64,000 bases of DNA from Planctomycetota bacterium (GTDB lineage: Bacteria > Planctomycetota > B15-G4). Shown here piece by piece: positions 10,601-19,459 of this stretch (position 1 is the first letter of the stretch; every line of letters begins with the position of its first letter). The translations under genes were made by a program, and so were the position numbers. The notes beneath the pieces were generated by a model. That model did no database searches, was not told the origin of the DNA, and saw only the letters and a list, made by a program, of their open reading frames with translations. The stretch covers positions 64,001 through 128,000 of the forward strand of contig JBBQUR010000012.1 in the NCBI GenBank assembly GCA_038212275.1, written 5' to 3'.

Positions 10601-10856
10601 GCTGGACGGCGAGCGCGCGTGGTGCCTCGCCGAGGCCCTGCGAAGTCCGCTGCCGCAGATGGCGGCCCAGGCGCTGGCATTGCTGGCGCTCGGCGGAGAA
10701 GATCCGAGCGCCGACTGGCAGCCCGTCCTGACGCGCTTGAACTCCGTGCGTCCGGTGGCCTCGCCGGAGTTGCGCTGGGAAGTGTTGTCGTGGAGCGAAG
10801 TGCGGGCCGCCTGCACCAGCCAGGATGATGGCGGCGGAGAAGTCACCACTCTTTGA
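7674..10856 (+). CDS. Ser/Thr protein kinase fused to a degenerate P-loop (STAND-like) domain and helical repeats
   Basis: GRGSHGQV, AIK, HRDLKPAN, DFG, GTPAYAAPE; then GAPGSGRT and LCIDD; RBS AAGGAAG before GTG 7674. Confidence 0.88.
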   Translation: MIEEGSEFPELDSSEARLAREGERLLAAVVGSLTPLLPEVLSGRYVLADTLGRGSHGQVLRAQDRLTGEAVAIKLLDRFATRHLLRLRAEIAALRMLMLPGVARLFDEGEDAGFPYLVFEIVPGTPFPGGRRTWEDLRSTLVALLETLARVHAVGIVHRDLKPANVLVDEAGRPTVLDFGLAIQQAAESPGAESGMLVGTPAYAAPEQLQGEPVDARSDLYAVGCMVFEALAGHRPHPGGNVDELLTARLQQPAPRLNSVAPDVPAHVAELVDRLLERDPGKRPRSAVDVLSALRGGSPTATAGSPLPLLGREHVLGAIATAAASGRCVEIVGAPGSGRTRCLREATARLQAAGRRVFSAARATSAFQSLVVLADALPDDEPADYATAQRWFTEALERRLATGEVLCIDDVEDLDRWSAAVVCGACAAGTVLMTCTTAAALASRSELAGPRAASATPPVSVTLEPLTQHDLRALCGGPDRLLHLREDAAAELWMRTLGHPSRLEAEVSAWIRAGLAQRVGDELIVQRQGLERLKAGVDVLPPTSSLSTRIEEDLDEVLAWISLAWPNTQRELLARIAERPRWQLEAELAALVASGAVGELPDGRVRALRVARRLELQTLDGASRREAHARIAAALPAASTGRLYHLLAAGRAAELIPEACAAARAMSDAGRLGAAEAVLRDASQATRGQGTAADRHELFRLWIDVAFADPSPLARDRLLHELVRVQPRDAVLVRMERLVEAAAATYQADGDKALRMLDALTPFVETGLELWRQALRVRAARRASPSLEESVLAEARCWAAGQQGAEVEASCAEWEGLSCYGRSRFVEAAHWHARAALHYTRLPSRLSARLNEASSRLEALQLDEVMQLAGSVCAEARECRHALFEGRAEWLLRAARYRSREALVPDLELVDVMQRAGLPEQAALVCLNEAAVAWRARQPALAAELAQRAEKYWHGSGFTAGRLLARSLALLCGKQELDGERAWCLAEALRSPLPQMAAQALALLALGGEDPSADWQPVLTRLNSVRPVASPELRWEVLSWSEVRAACTSQDDGGGEVTTL

Positions 10857-11617
10857 TGCGGGGGATCGTCGTCATGATGCGTATCACGCCATTCGTGCTC
10901 GTGCTTGCGGCCGTGCTGTCACTGCCGTCGTGTGGATCGGATGAACCGCAGGCTCCGACGGTCGCCACGGGCCAGGCGTCCGATTCGCTCGCGAAGAATC
11001 CGGTGATTGCGCGGAACTACCTGCTGGAAGCCGGAGTCGTCTACGAGCTGCGCGAAGGCGAGAGCGCGAAAGGCAAGCTCAACGGCTACGCCTACGCCGT
11101 CGACTCGGAGAACGGCGCCACTCGCGACGAGTACTTGCTGATCATCCGCCCCAATCCAAAAAGCAAGTACTTCGGCAGGACGGAGGTGCCCTTCACGCTC
11201 GTGAAGAGCTCTGAGAAGGTGGCCGCCCTGAGCGAGTTCGTCAAGCTCGTTCGAGGCAAGTGGAGCAAGAACAAGTCCTCATACGTGCATGTGAAAGCCG
11301 AGCCTCTCCCGTGGCAGGACGGGATGAAGGCTTACGCGGCCCATCCTCCCAAGATGACGCAAGAGGCTGACCCCGGCACGGTGGGGATCTATCTTCCGGA
11401 GAACCGATTCGTCGGAGTGCTGATCATCGGAGAGGGTGACGACGATGTCGAGGAGTTGTCGCTGCTGTCCACGGAGGTGCTGAAGGCTTCGGCCACGACG
11501 TTCACGTTCAAGTGGCTGGCCAAGGCCGAGATGGCTGCGACACTCCCGAGTGACTCGTTGCCCACCGGTTGGTTCGCCGCGAAAGGCGTCGCCAACTTCG
11601 AGAAGGACATGCCGTAG
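10853..11617 (+). CDS. Hypothetical lipoprotein
   Basis: Hydrophobic signal with lipobox LPSC; Lys-rich protein-like composition; overlaps the kinase stop. Confidence 0.75.
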   Translation: MMRGIVVMMRITPFVLVLAAVLSLPSCGSDEPQAPTVATGQASDSLAKNPVIARNYLLEAGVVYELREGESAKGKLNGYAYAVDSENGATRDEYLLIIRPNPKSKYFGRTEVPFTLVKSSEKVAALSEFVKLVRGKWSKNKSSYVHVKAEPLPWQDGMKAYAAHPPKMTQEADPGTVGIYLPENRFVGVLIIGEGDDDVEELSLLSTEVLKASATTFTFKWLAKAEMAATLPSDSLPTGWFAAKGVANFEKDMP

Positions 11618-11620
11618 CCG

Positions 11621-11650
11621 CGGCGTCGCGCGGCGTCGCGAGACGTCGAT
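11621..11650. repeat. 10-bp tandem repeat CGGCGTCGCG x2 plus a degenerate third copy, just after a stop codon
   Basis: Direct reading of 11621-11650. Confidence 0.7.
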
Positions 11651-11766
11651 GGCGCGACTCGTGCGTTGCGCCGGGCCTCGGCCCGGCCGCGGTCGAGCGG
11701 CGTGGTTCGCGAGTCGCAGCATGAGGCTCTTCCGCAACACAGTCGAGGCGGGCATCATGCGCCGCC

Positions 11767-12576
11767 ATGAGCAAGCGCACGTCGAAGGCCCGCATCGCCC
11801 GAAGTTCCGGCAGTTCGAAGGCTGAAGCGAAGGCGGCTCGTGTCACCGGGACGTCGAAGTCCGCAAAACTGAAGTCCGCGAAACCGAAGTCCGCGAAACC
11901 GAAGTCTGCAAAGCCGAAGTCCGCAAAGCCGAAGTCCGCAAAGCCGGAACCTGCGAAGCCTAAGTCCGCGAAGCCGGAGCGTGCCGACCTGCTGCCTGTC
12001 GGTGACGGCCGCATGCGTTGCGGCTGGGCGCGCAACGAGCTGTCGGCCGCGTATCACGATGCCGAGTGGGGCGTGCCGCTGCACGACGAGCGCAAGCTCT
12101 TCGAGTTCGTGATCCTCGAGGGCATGCAGGCAGGGCTGTCGTGGGACTGCATCCTCGGCAAGCGGGCTGCCTTCCGCGCGGCCTTCGCGCAATTCGACCC
12201 GGTGAAGGTGGCGCGCTTCACGGCGCGCGACGTCGCGCGGCTCATGAACGACGCGGGCATCATCCGCAACCGCCAGAAGATCGACGCCGCCATCGGCAAC
12301 GCGCGCGCCTTCCTCGCCGTGCAGAAGGAGTTCGGCAGCTTCGACGCCTATGCGTGGCCCTTCATCGATGGCCGTCCGCTCGTGAACCGCTGGTCCGGCC
12401 TGAAACAACTGCCGGCGCGCACCGCGCACAGCGACGCCTGGAGCAAGGACCTCAAAGCGCGCGGCTTCAAGTTCGTCGGCAGCACGATCATGTACGCCCA
12501 CATGCAGGCCACGGGCATGGTGAACGACCACCTCGTGGGTTGCTTCCGGCACAAGGCCTTGGCGCGCGGTCGCTGA
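11767..12576 (+). CDS. tag: DNA-3-methyladenine glycosylase I with N-terminal Lys/Ala/Pro-rich repeat tail
   Basis: RCGW, YHDAEWG, LEGMQAGLSW, GIIRNRQKI, GFKFVG, GMVNDHLVGC. Confidence 0.95.
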   Translation: MSKRTSKARIARSSGSSKAEAKAARVTGTSKSAKLKSAKPKSAKPKSAKPKSAKPKSAKPEPAKPKSAKPERADLLPVGDGRMRCGWARNELSAAYHDAEWGVPLHDERKLFEFVILEGMQAGLSWDCILGKRAAFRAAFAQFDPVKVARFTARDVARLMNDAGIIRNRQKIDAAIGNARAFLAVQKEFGSFDAYAWPFIDGRPLVNRWSGLKQLPARTAHSDAWSKDLKARGFKFVGSTIMYAHMQATGMVNDHLVGCFRHKALARGR

Positions 12577-12647
12577 GAGACCGCTGGCGCGAGTCGTCGA
12601 GGACCTTCGAGTGCCGCCGAGGTCCGTGGCCCGCCAGCGCGAGTCGT

Positions 12648-13886
12648 TCAGTCGACCGCGATGAGTTCGCGGTAGAGCGTGTCCCGCAGCACCGGCTGCC
12701 GTCCCGCCTCGCGGATGAGCGCGGCGAGCTGCGCCGTGGTGAGGCCCTGCGGCGTGGTGCCGCCGGCGTCGTGCGTGATGTGCTCTTCCTCCACGGTGCC
12801 GTCGATGTCGTCGGCGCCGTAGTGCAGGGCGAGCTGCGCGATTTTCATGCCGAGCATGATCCAGTAGGCCTTGATGTGCGGCAGGTTGTCGAGCATGAGG
12901 CGCGCGACGGCGATGGTGCGCAGCGCGTCGGTGCCCGTGGTCTTGCCGAGGCGCTCCAGCGGCGTGTGGTCCGGGTGGAAGAGCAGCGGGATGAATTGCA
13001 GGAAGCCGCCGGTCTCGTCCTGGATGGAGCGTATGGCCAGCATGTGGTCGAGTCGCTCGTCGGTCGTCTCGATGTGGCCGAAGAGCATCGTCGCGTTGGT
13101 GTGCAGACCGGCGCGATGCACGGCTTTGCACGTGGCGATCCAGCGCTCGGGCGGCAGCTTCTCGCGGTAGAGCTTCTTGTGGACGCGCGGCGAGAGCACC
13201 TCCGCGCCGCCGCCGGGGCATGAGTCGAGGCCCGCCTCGCGCAGTTCGGCCAGCACGACGTTCAGCGGCTTGCCCGCGATCTCCGCGATCGCGTCCAGCT
13301 CGATCATCGTGAAGGCCTTGATGTGCAGGTTCGGGCGCTCGGCCTTCACCGTGCGCATGAGGTCCAGGTAGTAGGCGTAGGGGAGCGCGGGGTTGATGCC
13401 GCCGACGATGTGCACCTCGCGCATCGTGTCGGTGAACTCGCGGCGCAGCTTGTCGCGCACGAAGTCCATGTCCATCACCACGGCGTCGGCCTCGTCGCCG
13501 TCGCGCCGGAAGGCGCAGAACATGCAGCGGTAGGCGCAGACGTTGGTGTAGTTGAGGTGGCGGTTGTAGGTGAAGGTGGTGCGCGCGCCGTTGAGCGACT
13601 CGTTGACGAAGTTGGCCAGCGCGCCCAGCGCATTGAGGTCCGGCGTCGCGAAGAGCGTGCGGCCGTCCTCGAGCGTCAGCCGTTCGTGGCGCAGCACCTT
13701 GTCGCGGATCGGGGCGAGGTCGGCCGGCATGTCCGCGAGGGCTTCGAGGTTGGCGAGGCCGGCGACGTCGACCGACCCGGGATTGGTGGGGCCGCGCCCG
13801 AACGGCCGTGCCCGGTGCGGGCCCGGCGAGCGGGCGGTGGGGCGTGACGTGGTCGCAGAGGGCACGGTCGGAGTGGGCGCAGTCAT
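12648..13886 (-). CDS. mqnE: Aminofutalosine synthase (radical SAM, futalosine menaquinone pathway)
   Basis: NYTNVCAYRCMFCAF, PGGGAE, HIKAYWIMLG, GADDIDGTVEEEHITHDAG. Confidence 0.88.
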   Translation of the reverse strand: MTAPTPTVPSATTSRPTARSPGPHRARPFGRGPTNPGSVDVAGLANLEALADMPADLAPIRDKVLRHERLTLEDGRTLFATPDLNALGALANFVNESLNGARTTFTYNRHLNYTNVCAYRCMFCAFRRDGDEADAVVMDMDFVRDKLRREFTDTMREVHIVGGINPALPYAYYLDLMRTVKAERPNLHIKAFTMIELDAIAEIAGKPLNVVLAELREAGLDSCPGGGAEVLSPRVHKKLYREKLPPERWIATCKAVHRAGLHTNATMLFGHIETTDERLDHMLAIRSIQDETGGFLQFIPLLFHPDHTPLERLGKTTGTDALRTIAVARLMLDNLPHIKAYWIMLGMKIAQLALHYGADDIDGTVEEEHITHDAGGTTPQGLTTAQLAALIREAGRQPVLRDTLYRELIAVD

Positions 13887-13986
13887 GGTCGAGGATGATA
13901 GCGGCCGTCCTGCGGCGATGCCCGCCCGCGGCGCGCAGGCTCATTCTGAGTCGGCCCGCCGGACGAGCGTTCGGCGCAGACTGCGG

Positions 13987-14514
13987 TCAGCGGCTCAGGC
14001 CACCCGTCACGTAGTCGAAGACCGTCGACCAGTCGTAGCCGGGGCCCTTCCACGCGCCGGTCTGGCCGGCGTAGGCCGCGGTCTCGAAGTTGAGGATTCC
14101 CACCACGTAAAAGTCGGAGGGGATGCCCGCGTAGCCGGCGGCGTAGTGGTAGTAGCGATAGTGGTGGGTCGCGTCGTTGAGCGGATCCCGCACCGGCTCG
14201 CGCAGGTAGCCGGCCGCCACGAGCTGCGTGATGAACGCGCCGTCCACCGAGGTGTCCCAGCCGCCGTAGCCCGTCTCGGCGTCGTGGTCGGGCAGCGTGC
14301 CGGTGTCGTACAGGTAGGCGTCGACGGCCTGCACGACGGTCTTCAGGTCGGAGAGCCGCCGGGCATCGCGCGACCGGGCGAGGCGGTCGCCGACGACCGG
14401 CACGAGCACGCCGGCCAGCACGACCATGATGCCGAGCACGATGATGAGCTCGAGCAACGTGAAGCCGGCGCGTCGCCGATCGCCGGCCCGGCGGCGTGTG
14501 GGCGCCGTGCTCAG
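13987..14514 (-). CDS. GspG-like type IV pilin/pseudopilin (probable CTG start)
   Basis: Class III signal RRAG/FTLLELIIVLGIMVVLAGVLVP; RDARRLSDL; DPLN. Confidence 0.85.
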   Translation of the reverse strand: MSTAPTRRRAGDRRRAGFTLLELIIVLGIMVVLAGVLVPVVGDRLARSRDARRLSDLKTVVQAVDAYLYDTGTLPDHDAETGYGGWDTSVDGAFITQLVAAGYLREPVRDPLNDATHHYRYYHYAAGYAGIPSDFYVVGILNFETAAYAGQTGAWKGPGYDWSTVFDYVTGGLSR

Positions 14515-15209
14515 GGCGCACCAGCCGAGGGGCGGTCGCTCATCGGTTCGAGCAGCAGCGTGACGAGCGCGGCGCGGCCCGGCACGTTCAGGAGCACGCG
14601 ATCGTCCAGGATGCCGGCCAGCGTGAAGTCCGTGCCGGGCAGCGTGTCGCCCTTGCGCAGCATCCGGTCGTTGATGAGGGCGATCGAGCCGGCGCCGCTC
14701 TGCACCAGGCCGCGGAGCTTGATGGTGTCGAGCCGTGCCTGCAGCTCGCTGTCGGGCAACGCCGCGCCCGCGGTCCCGCTGCCCTGGCTGCCGGTCGACG
14801 AGAGCGGCAGCGCCGATTCGCGTGCGATGAGCTGCGCGAAGAGCGCCGACCAGTCGGGCTCGGCGCCGGATGCCGCGCCCGATGGGGCCTTCGTCGAGGC
14901 GGCTGCGGTCCCGTCTGCCGTTCGGCTCGCCGCCTCCGGTGCGCGGCGGTCCTCGGGCGTCGCGGACACGCCGCGTGCCGTCGCGCCGCCATCCTCCGCC
15001 GGCGTGGGCCCGCCTGCGCCTGCGAAGTCCGCGGGGCCGAGTTCGAGCGCCGCGACGGTGCCCTCGTGATCGACCGAGTCGTCGCTGTTCATCCAGACCA
15101 CGTCGTAGGCGACCACGCCCAGCGCGGCGACCAGCGAACCCGTGGCGAGCATGAGCTTGCCTCGCGAGGCGCCTGCCGGCACGAGATTCTGCAACCAGTC
15201 AGGCGTCAT
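14511..15209 (-). CDS. Bitopic pilus/T2SS accessory protein (PilP/GspB/GspC-like C-terminal beta domain)
   Basis: One TM segment, low-complexity linker, LRGLV...ALINDRMLRKGDTL...ILDDRVLL; RBS GGAGG. Confidence 0.6.
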   Translation of the reverse strand: MTPDWLQNLVPAGASRGKLMLATGSLVAALGVVAYDVVWMNSDDSVDHEGTVAALELGPADFAGAGGPTPAEDGGATARGVSATPEDRRAPEAASRTADGTAAASTKAPSGAASGAEPDWSALFAQLIARESALPLSSTGSQGSGTAGAALPDSELQARLDTIKLRGLVQSGAGSIALINDRMLRKGDTLPGTDFTLAGILDDRVLLNVPGRAALVTLLLEPMSDRPSAGAP

Positions 15210-15927
15210 CCGGTCCCTCCGTGGTGGCATCCGCCGCGTCCGGGGAGGCCGAAGCGCTGTCGCGCAGCTTCTCGATCGTGATGGTGAACTGCAGCTCGGC
15301 GTCGGCGGCCTGCCAGCGCAGCGAGCGCAGGCGCAGCGGTGCCGGCATCGCGCCGAGCACGCCGCAGAAGAGCAGCAGCGAGCTGGCGCGGCTGCGGCCT
15401 TCGAGCACGAAGCGATCGGCCTTCATCGCCTGCGGGACGCCCGTGACGCGCGGCCTGAGGTCGGCCGCCTTCTCGATGCGCGTGCCCAGCACGGCGACAT
15501 CGGCCCGCCTTGTCTCCTCGACGAGGAGCAGCCGCGCCTCGGGAAGCACGTCGGTGCGTGTGATCACGAGGCCGGAGGACTTCGCCAGCGCGAGCAGGAG
15601 CCTGGTCGTCTCGAGGCGGTCGTGCGGCGCCAGCAGGCCCGTCAGCTCGCGATCCATGCGCTGCGCTTCGTCCGCCAGTCCGGACACGCGGAGCGCACGC
15701 GTGGCCTGCTCCTCGCTCTGAGCATTCTCGATCCACCCGCGCAATTCGCTGGCACGGCTGCCGAGCTGGGAGCTCGCGTCCCACACCGGCATCGGCAGCG
15801 CCGCCATCACGCCGATCAGCAGCATCGTGCCGACGACCATCATGCTGCGCTGGCGCAGGGCGCGTCGGCGGATCGCCTCCCGCGTCTGGTCCGGAGCGGG
15901 CGGCGTAAAGGAGACGATGAAGCTCAT
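15199..15927 (-). CDS. PilO/GspM-like inner-membrane platform protein
   Basis: TM segment, coiled coil and ferredoxin-like C-terminus; operon position. Confidence 0.5.
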   Translation of the reverse strand: MSFIVSFTPPAPDQTREAIRRRALRQRSMMVVGTMLLIGVMAALPMPVWDASSQLGSRASELRGWIENAQSEEQATRALRVSGLADEAQRMDRELTGLLAPHDRLETTRLLLALAKSSGLVITRTDVLPEARLLLVEETRRADVAVLGTRIEKAADLRPRVTGVPQAMKADRFVLEGRSRASSLLLFCGVLGAMPAPLRLRSLRWQAADAELQFTITIEKLRDSASASPDAADATTEGPDDA

Positions 15928-17468
15928 TGCAGCAGCAGTCCGAGCGACACGTCTTCCTGGGCGTCGTCATGGCCGGGGCTGACCCGGACGGCGCCGCGGG
16001 TGGCGGTCAGCGATGCGCACCACGGGCGGGCCTTGAGCGCGTCGGTGAACGCGGCGAGGCGGGCCGACCGCGGGCCGCTGAAGTCGCCACGCAGGCGGAG
16101 TTCCAGGCGCGGGACCTCGGTGCCGACGGCATAGGCGTTGTTCAACCAGCCCTCGGCGGGAAGGGTCTCGTCGGGCAGAAGCAGCAGGGTCTCGAGCAGC
16201 GGCTGCACCGGATTGCCGTGCACGGTCTGCACGAGCTGCATCGTGGCGCGCTGGCTGTCGGCGCGCCGCGCCACGTCGATCAGCTCGTGGCGCTCGGCCA
16301 GTCCCGGCGCATACGCGGCGAAATCCGCCTCCAGCTGGTGGATCTCCTGTGAGACGGCCTGCACGGAGTGCCTGGCCACGCCCAGCGAGGCAAAGGCCGT
16401 GATCATCGTGATGACGGCCAGCACCGCCAGCGTCGCCGCGGTCTGCGCCAGCGGACGTTCGGTTTTCGGGAGCAGGTTCATGGCGCGGACACGCTTGCCG
16501 GCAAGCGGCGCGCCGTGGACCAGCAGGCCGGTGAGCGCCGCGAGACGCTCGGGAGCGATCTCCGCGTCGGCGCCGTCCAGCGCCACCTGCTGCGTGTGCG
16601 CGACAAGGCCGACCTCGGCCTTGAGGCGCTGCTCGAAGCGCGCGCCGTCGCTGGCGGTCAGGCCGCTGTACGTCACGCCGGCGGGCATGCGGCCCATGTG
16701 GCTCTCGGCGACGAACGTGGCCGTGCGCCGGACCTCGTTGAGGATCGTGGACACGACGCTTTCCTCGGCATCCGCCATCAGATCCGGCAGGAAGCGCAGG
16801 TACAGCGGCAGCCCGCCGCGGTGAACGCCGATGACGAGCGACGGATAGCAGTAGCGCGTGAAGAGCTCTATGCGGTCCGGTTCGTCCGGTCGGGTGCGAC
16901 CGAAGAGATCGAGCAGCGCCACCGAGGGCGGCACGACGCGCTCGACCGAAAGCCGTTCGCGGCGGAAGGCCCTGGCGTAGCGCTCGAGCTGCGCGCGGGA
17001 GGCCCACGCGAGCAGGACGTGCAGTGGCTCGTCGGGCGGCGCCGTGACGGGGGAGACGCAGGTGTGATCGGAGAGCAGGTCCTCCGTCGGCTCGATGATC
17101 TGCTCGCGGACGCGGCGCTCGAGCAGGGCCGACGTGGCGGCGGGCGTGGTGCGCGCCAGCTTGCATTGCGTCGCGGCGAACATGGATTCGAAGAGGCCGA
17201 TGCACGCGATCCGGCGCGAGAAGCCGTGCTCGCGCACGACCCTGGCGAGCATCGCGACGACCGAGTCCGGGTCGCTGTCCAGGAACTGGATGCCATCCTT
17301 GCCGTTGAAGACCAGGGCGTGCCGCCGGACGCGGACGCCGGCGGGACCCATGGCCAGCTCGGCCACGCAGATGCTCGCGCGGTCGATGAGCGCGACGGTT
17401 CCGTGCGGCACCTTGCGTCCCAGGCGCGGCACGGCAAGGGCGGTAGGGATTTCGGCTTCCATCGTCAT
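15924..17468 (-). CDS. PilM-PilN/GspL-like fusion protein
   Basis: Cytoplasmic N-domain, MNLLP motif followed by a TM segment, coiled coil and periplasmic domain; operon context. Confidence 0.6.
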   Translation of the reverse strand: MTMEAEIPTALAVPRLGRKVPHGTVALIDRASICVAELAMGPAGVRVRRHALVFNGKDGIQFLDSDPDSVVAMLARVVREHGFSRRIACIGLFESMFAATQCKLARTTPAATSALLERRVREQIIEPTEDLLSDHTCVSPVTAPPDEPLHVLLAWASRAQLERYARAFRRERLSVERVVPPSVALLDLFGRTRPDEPDRIELFTRYCYPSLVIGVHRGGLPLYLRFLPDLMADAEESVVSTILNEVRRTATFVAESHMGRMPAGVTYSGLTASDGARFEQRLKAEVGLVAHTQQVALDGADAEIAPERLAALTGLLVHGAPLAGKRVRAMNLLPKTERPLAQTAATLAVLAVITMITAFASLGVARHSVQAVSQEIHQLEADFAAYAPGLAERHELIDVARRADSQRATMQLVQTVHGNPVQPLLETLLLLPDETLPAEGWLNNAYAVGTEVPRLELRLRGDFSGPRSARLAAFTDALKARPWCASLTATRGAVRVSPGHDDAQEDVSLGLLLQ

Positions 17469-17549
17469 GCTCCGGACCCGTGTTCATCGGAGGGGCGCGG
17501 TCGCGGGCTTGAGGCCGCGCGGCGTGCCGCCTGCACGGAATCGCGGCGG

Positions 17550-18260
17550 TCAGAGGTGCGTGGACCTCACGGCGACGACGGGCGACGCCCCGGCCGGATC
17601 CTCCACGTAGGCATCGCCCCAGGCGTCGGCGTCGTACGCGCCGGTGCCCGCAGGCAGGTAGCCGTTGCCGACGAGTTGCGAGAGCAGCGACGCGTAGTTG
17701 GCGGGCAGCGGCGACGCGGGCATGTTCACCGCGTTCCAGGCGGCGATCGCCGTGTTGATCGTGCGCAGCTCGGTGAGCGTCGCGGCGCGCCGGATCGGCG
17801 TCACGTCCACCGATTGCAGCAGGTCGTCCCCCGTGCCCTGCACGCCGTCGGGGCCGAGGCTGCGCATCGTCAGCGCGGAGCCGCCGGAGGTCGTGACGAC
17901 GTAGGCGCGGTTCCAGGCATCGAGCGCGAGGCTCGCCGTCGTCGATGGCTGCGAGGCCAGCAGCGCCTTGAGGTAGGGGCCGGCCCAGCCGGCCGCCGCT
18001 GCGGTGTTCTGCTCGAGATCGTTGAAAGTGGGCGGGAAGCTCCCCGTGTCCTCGAAGTAGTTGGCGATGGCCGGCGCCAGCAGTGCGAGCTCGCCGCGCG
18101 TGTCCGCGATCTTGCCGCGCGTGAGCGACTTGCCGACCACCGGCAGCGTGGTGCCGGCGATGACCGCGAGGATCGCGACGACGACGATGAGCTCGATGAG
18201 CGAGAAGCCCGCGTCGTGCGGGCGCCGGGCCACGTGAAGAGTTGCTCCGTGCCTGCTCAT
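17550..18260 (-). CDS. GspG-like pilin with an apparently duplicated head domain
   Basis: DAG/FSLIELIVVVAILAVIAG; WAGPYL, DAWNRAY, SLGPDG; second DAWGDAY. Confidence 0.85.
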   Translation of the reverse strand: MSRHGATLHVARRPHDAGFSLIELIVVVAILAVIAGTTLPVVGKSLTRGKIADTRGELALLAPAIANYFEDTGSFPPTFNDLEQNTAAAAGWAGPYLKALLASQPSTTASLALDAWNRAYVVTTSGGSALTMRSLGPDGVQGTGDDLLQSVDVTPIRRAATLTELRTINTAIAAWNAVNMPASPLPANYASLLSQLVGNGYLPAGTGAYDADAWGDAYVEDPAGASPVVAVRSTHL

Positions 18261-19459
18261 CCGATCGAGTCGTACAGCGAGAAGATGGGCAGGATCGTCG
18301 CCAGCACGATGAAGGCCACCGTGCCGCCCGCGCCGATCACGATGGCCGGCTCCAGGATCTGCAGCGCGCGCTTGACGCCGCGCGGGATCTCTCCCGCGTA
18401 GTACTCCGCGGCCTGCGACAAGGTCTCGTCGAGGTGCCCCGTCTTCTCGCCGAGCTGCAGCATGCGCAGCAGCAGCGGGTGCATGCCCTTCACGGGAGCG
18501 AGCGCCTCGGTCAGCGTCTGGCCTTCGCGCACACGCTCGGCGGTGGCCAGCAGTTCGAGGCGCAGCGCGGGGGCGCCGGTCGATTCGGCCGCCATCTGCA
18601 GCGAGCGCACGGCGTCGACGCCGGACGAGAGCAGGCCCGCCATCGTGGAGGCGAAGCGAGCCTCCGCGGTCATGCGCATGAGCGGCCCGATCACGGGAGC
18701 CTTCATGATGAGGGCGTTCATCCGCAGGCGACCACGGGTTGAGAGCGCCGCCAGCCGGAGCGCCAGAAGGCCGCCGCCGACGAGGCTGCACAGCACCACG
18801 GCGTTTCCGCGCAGAAAGTCCGAAACGGCCAGCACGATGCGCGTGGGCAGAGGAAGCACCACGTTGCCGCCCGACAGCGACTCCATGAGCCGCGGCAGCA
18901 GGAAGGTCAGCAGCAGGATGACCAGGCCCGTGAGCGCGACGATCAGGATCGCCGGCGGAATGAGCGCTGCCTTCACCTGCCCGCGGACGAGGCTCTGGAA
19001 TTCCATCTGGTCCGCGGCGCGGCGCATGGACGAGTCCAGCGTGCCACTGCTCTCGCCGGCGCGGATCATGCTGACGAAGGTCGCATCGAAGGCCTGCGGA
19101 TAACGGGCGAAGGAGTCTGCCAGCGGCGCGCCACCGCGGACCTCGGCGCCCACGCGCGCCAGGGTCTTGCGCATCGCGGGGCTGCGCGCGTTCGTCGCGA
19201 AGTCGTCGATGCAGTCCACGAGCGGCAGCCCCGCCTGCGTGGTGAGCGCGACGTAGCGGGCAAACTCGATCAGGTCGCGGGCGGGCACGTGCCCCGCCGA
19301 CTTGCCCTTCGCGCCGGCCTCGCGGAACGGCTTGAGGCGCACCAGCGTCAGGCCGCGCTGCTCGATGAGCTGTTGCAGCGCCTGCTCGTTGTCCGCGTGG
19401 AGCTGGCCCCGGCACAGGACGCCGGCGTCGCTGACCGCCTCGTATCCGTAGGTCTTCAA
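18257..19459 (-). CDS. Type II secretion F / PilC family platform protein
   Basis: IRAGESSGTL, LPLPTR, LGEKTGHL, ILEP, LPIF; TTG start overlapping the ATPase stop. Confidence 0.93.
   Translation of the reverse strand: MKTYGYEAVSDAGVLCRGQLHADNEQALQQLIEQRGLTLVRLKPFREAGAKGKSAGHVPARDLIEFARYVALTTQAGLPLVDCIDDFATNARSPAMRKTLARVGAEVRGGAPLADSFARYPQAFDATFVSMIRAGESSGTLDSSMRRAADQMEFQSLVRGQVKAALIPPAILIVALTGLVILLLTFLLPRLMESLSGGNVVLPLPTRIVLAVSDFLRGNAVVLCSLVGGGLLALRLAALSTRGRLRMNALIMKAPVIGPLMRMTAEARFASTMAGLLSSGVDAVRSLQMAAESTGAPALRLELLATAERVREGQTLTEALAPVKGMHPLLLRMLQLGEKTGHLDETLSQAAEYYAGEIPRGVKRALQILEPAIVIGAGGTVAFIVLATILPIFSLYDSIG

Noticed and set aside
12648..13886. CofH/F420 biosynthesis
   Set aside because: HIKAYW and DIDGTV.EE.I.H.AG signatures, plus the presence of mqnC, favour MqnE
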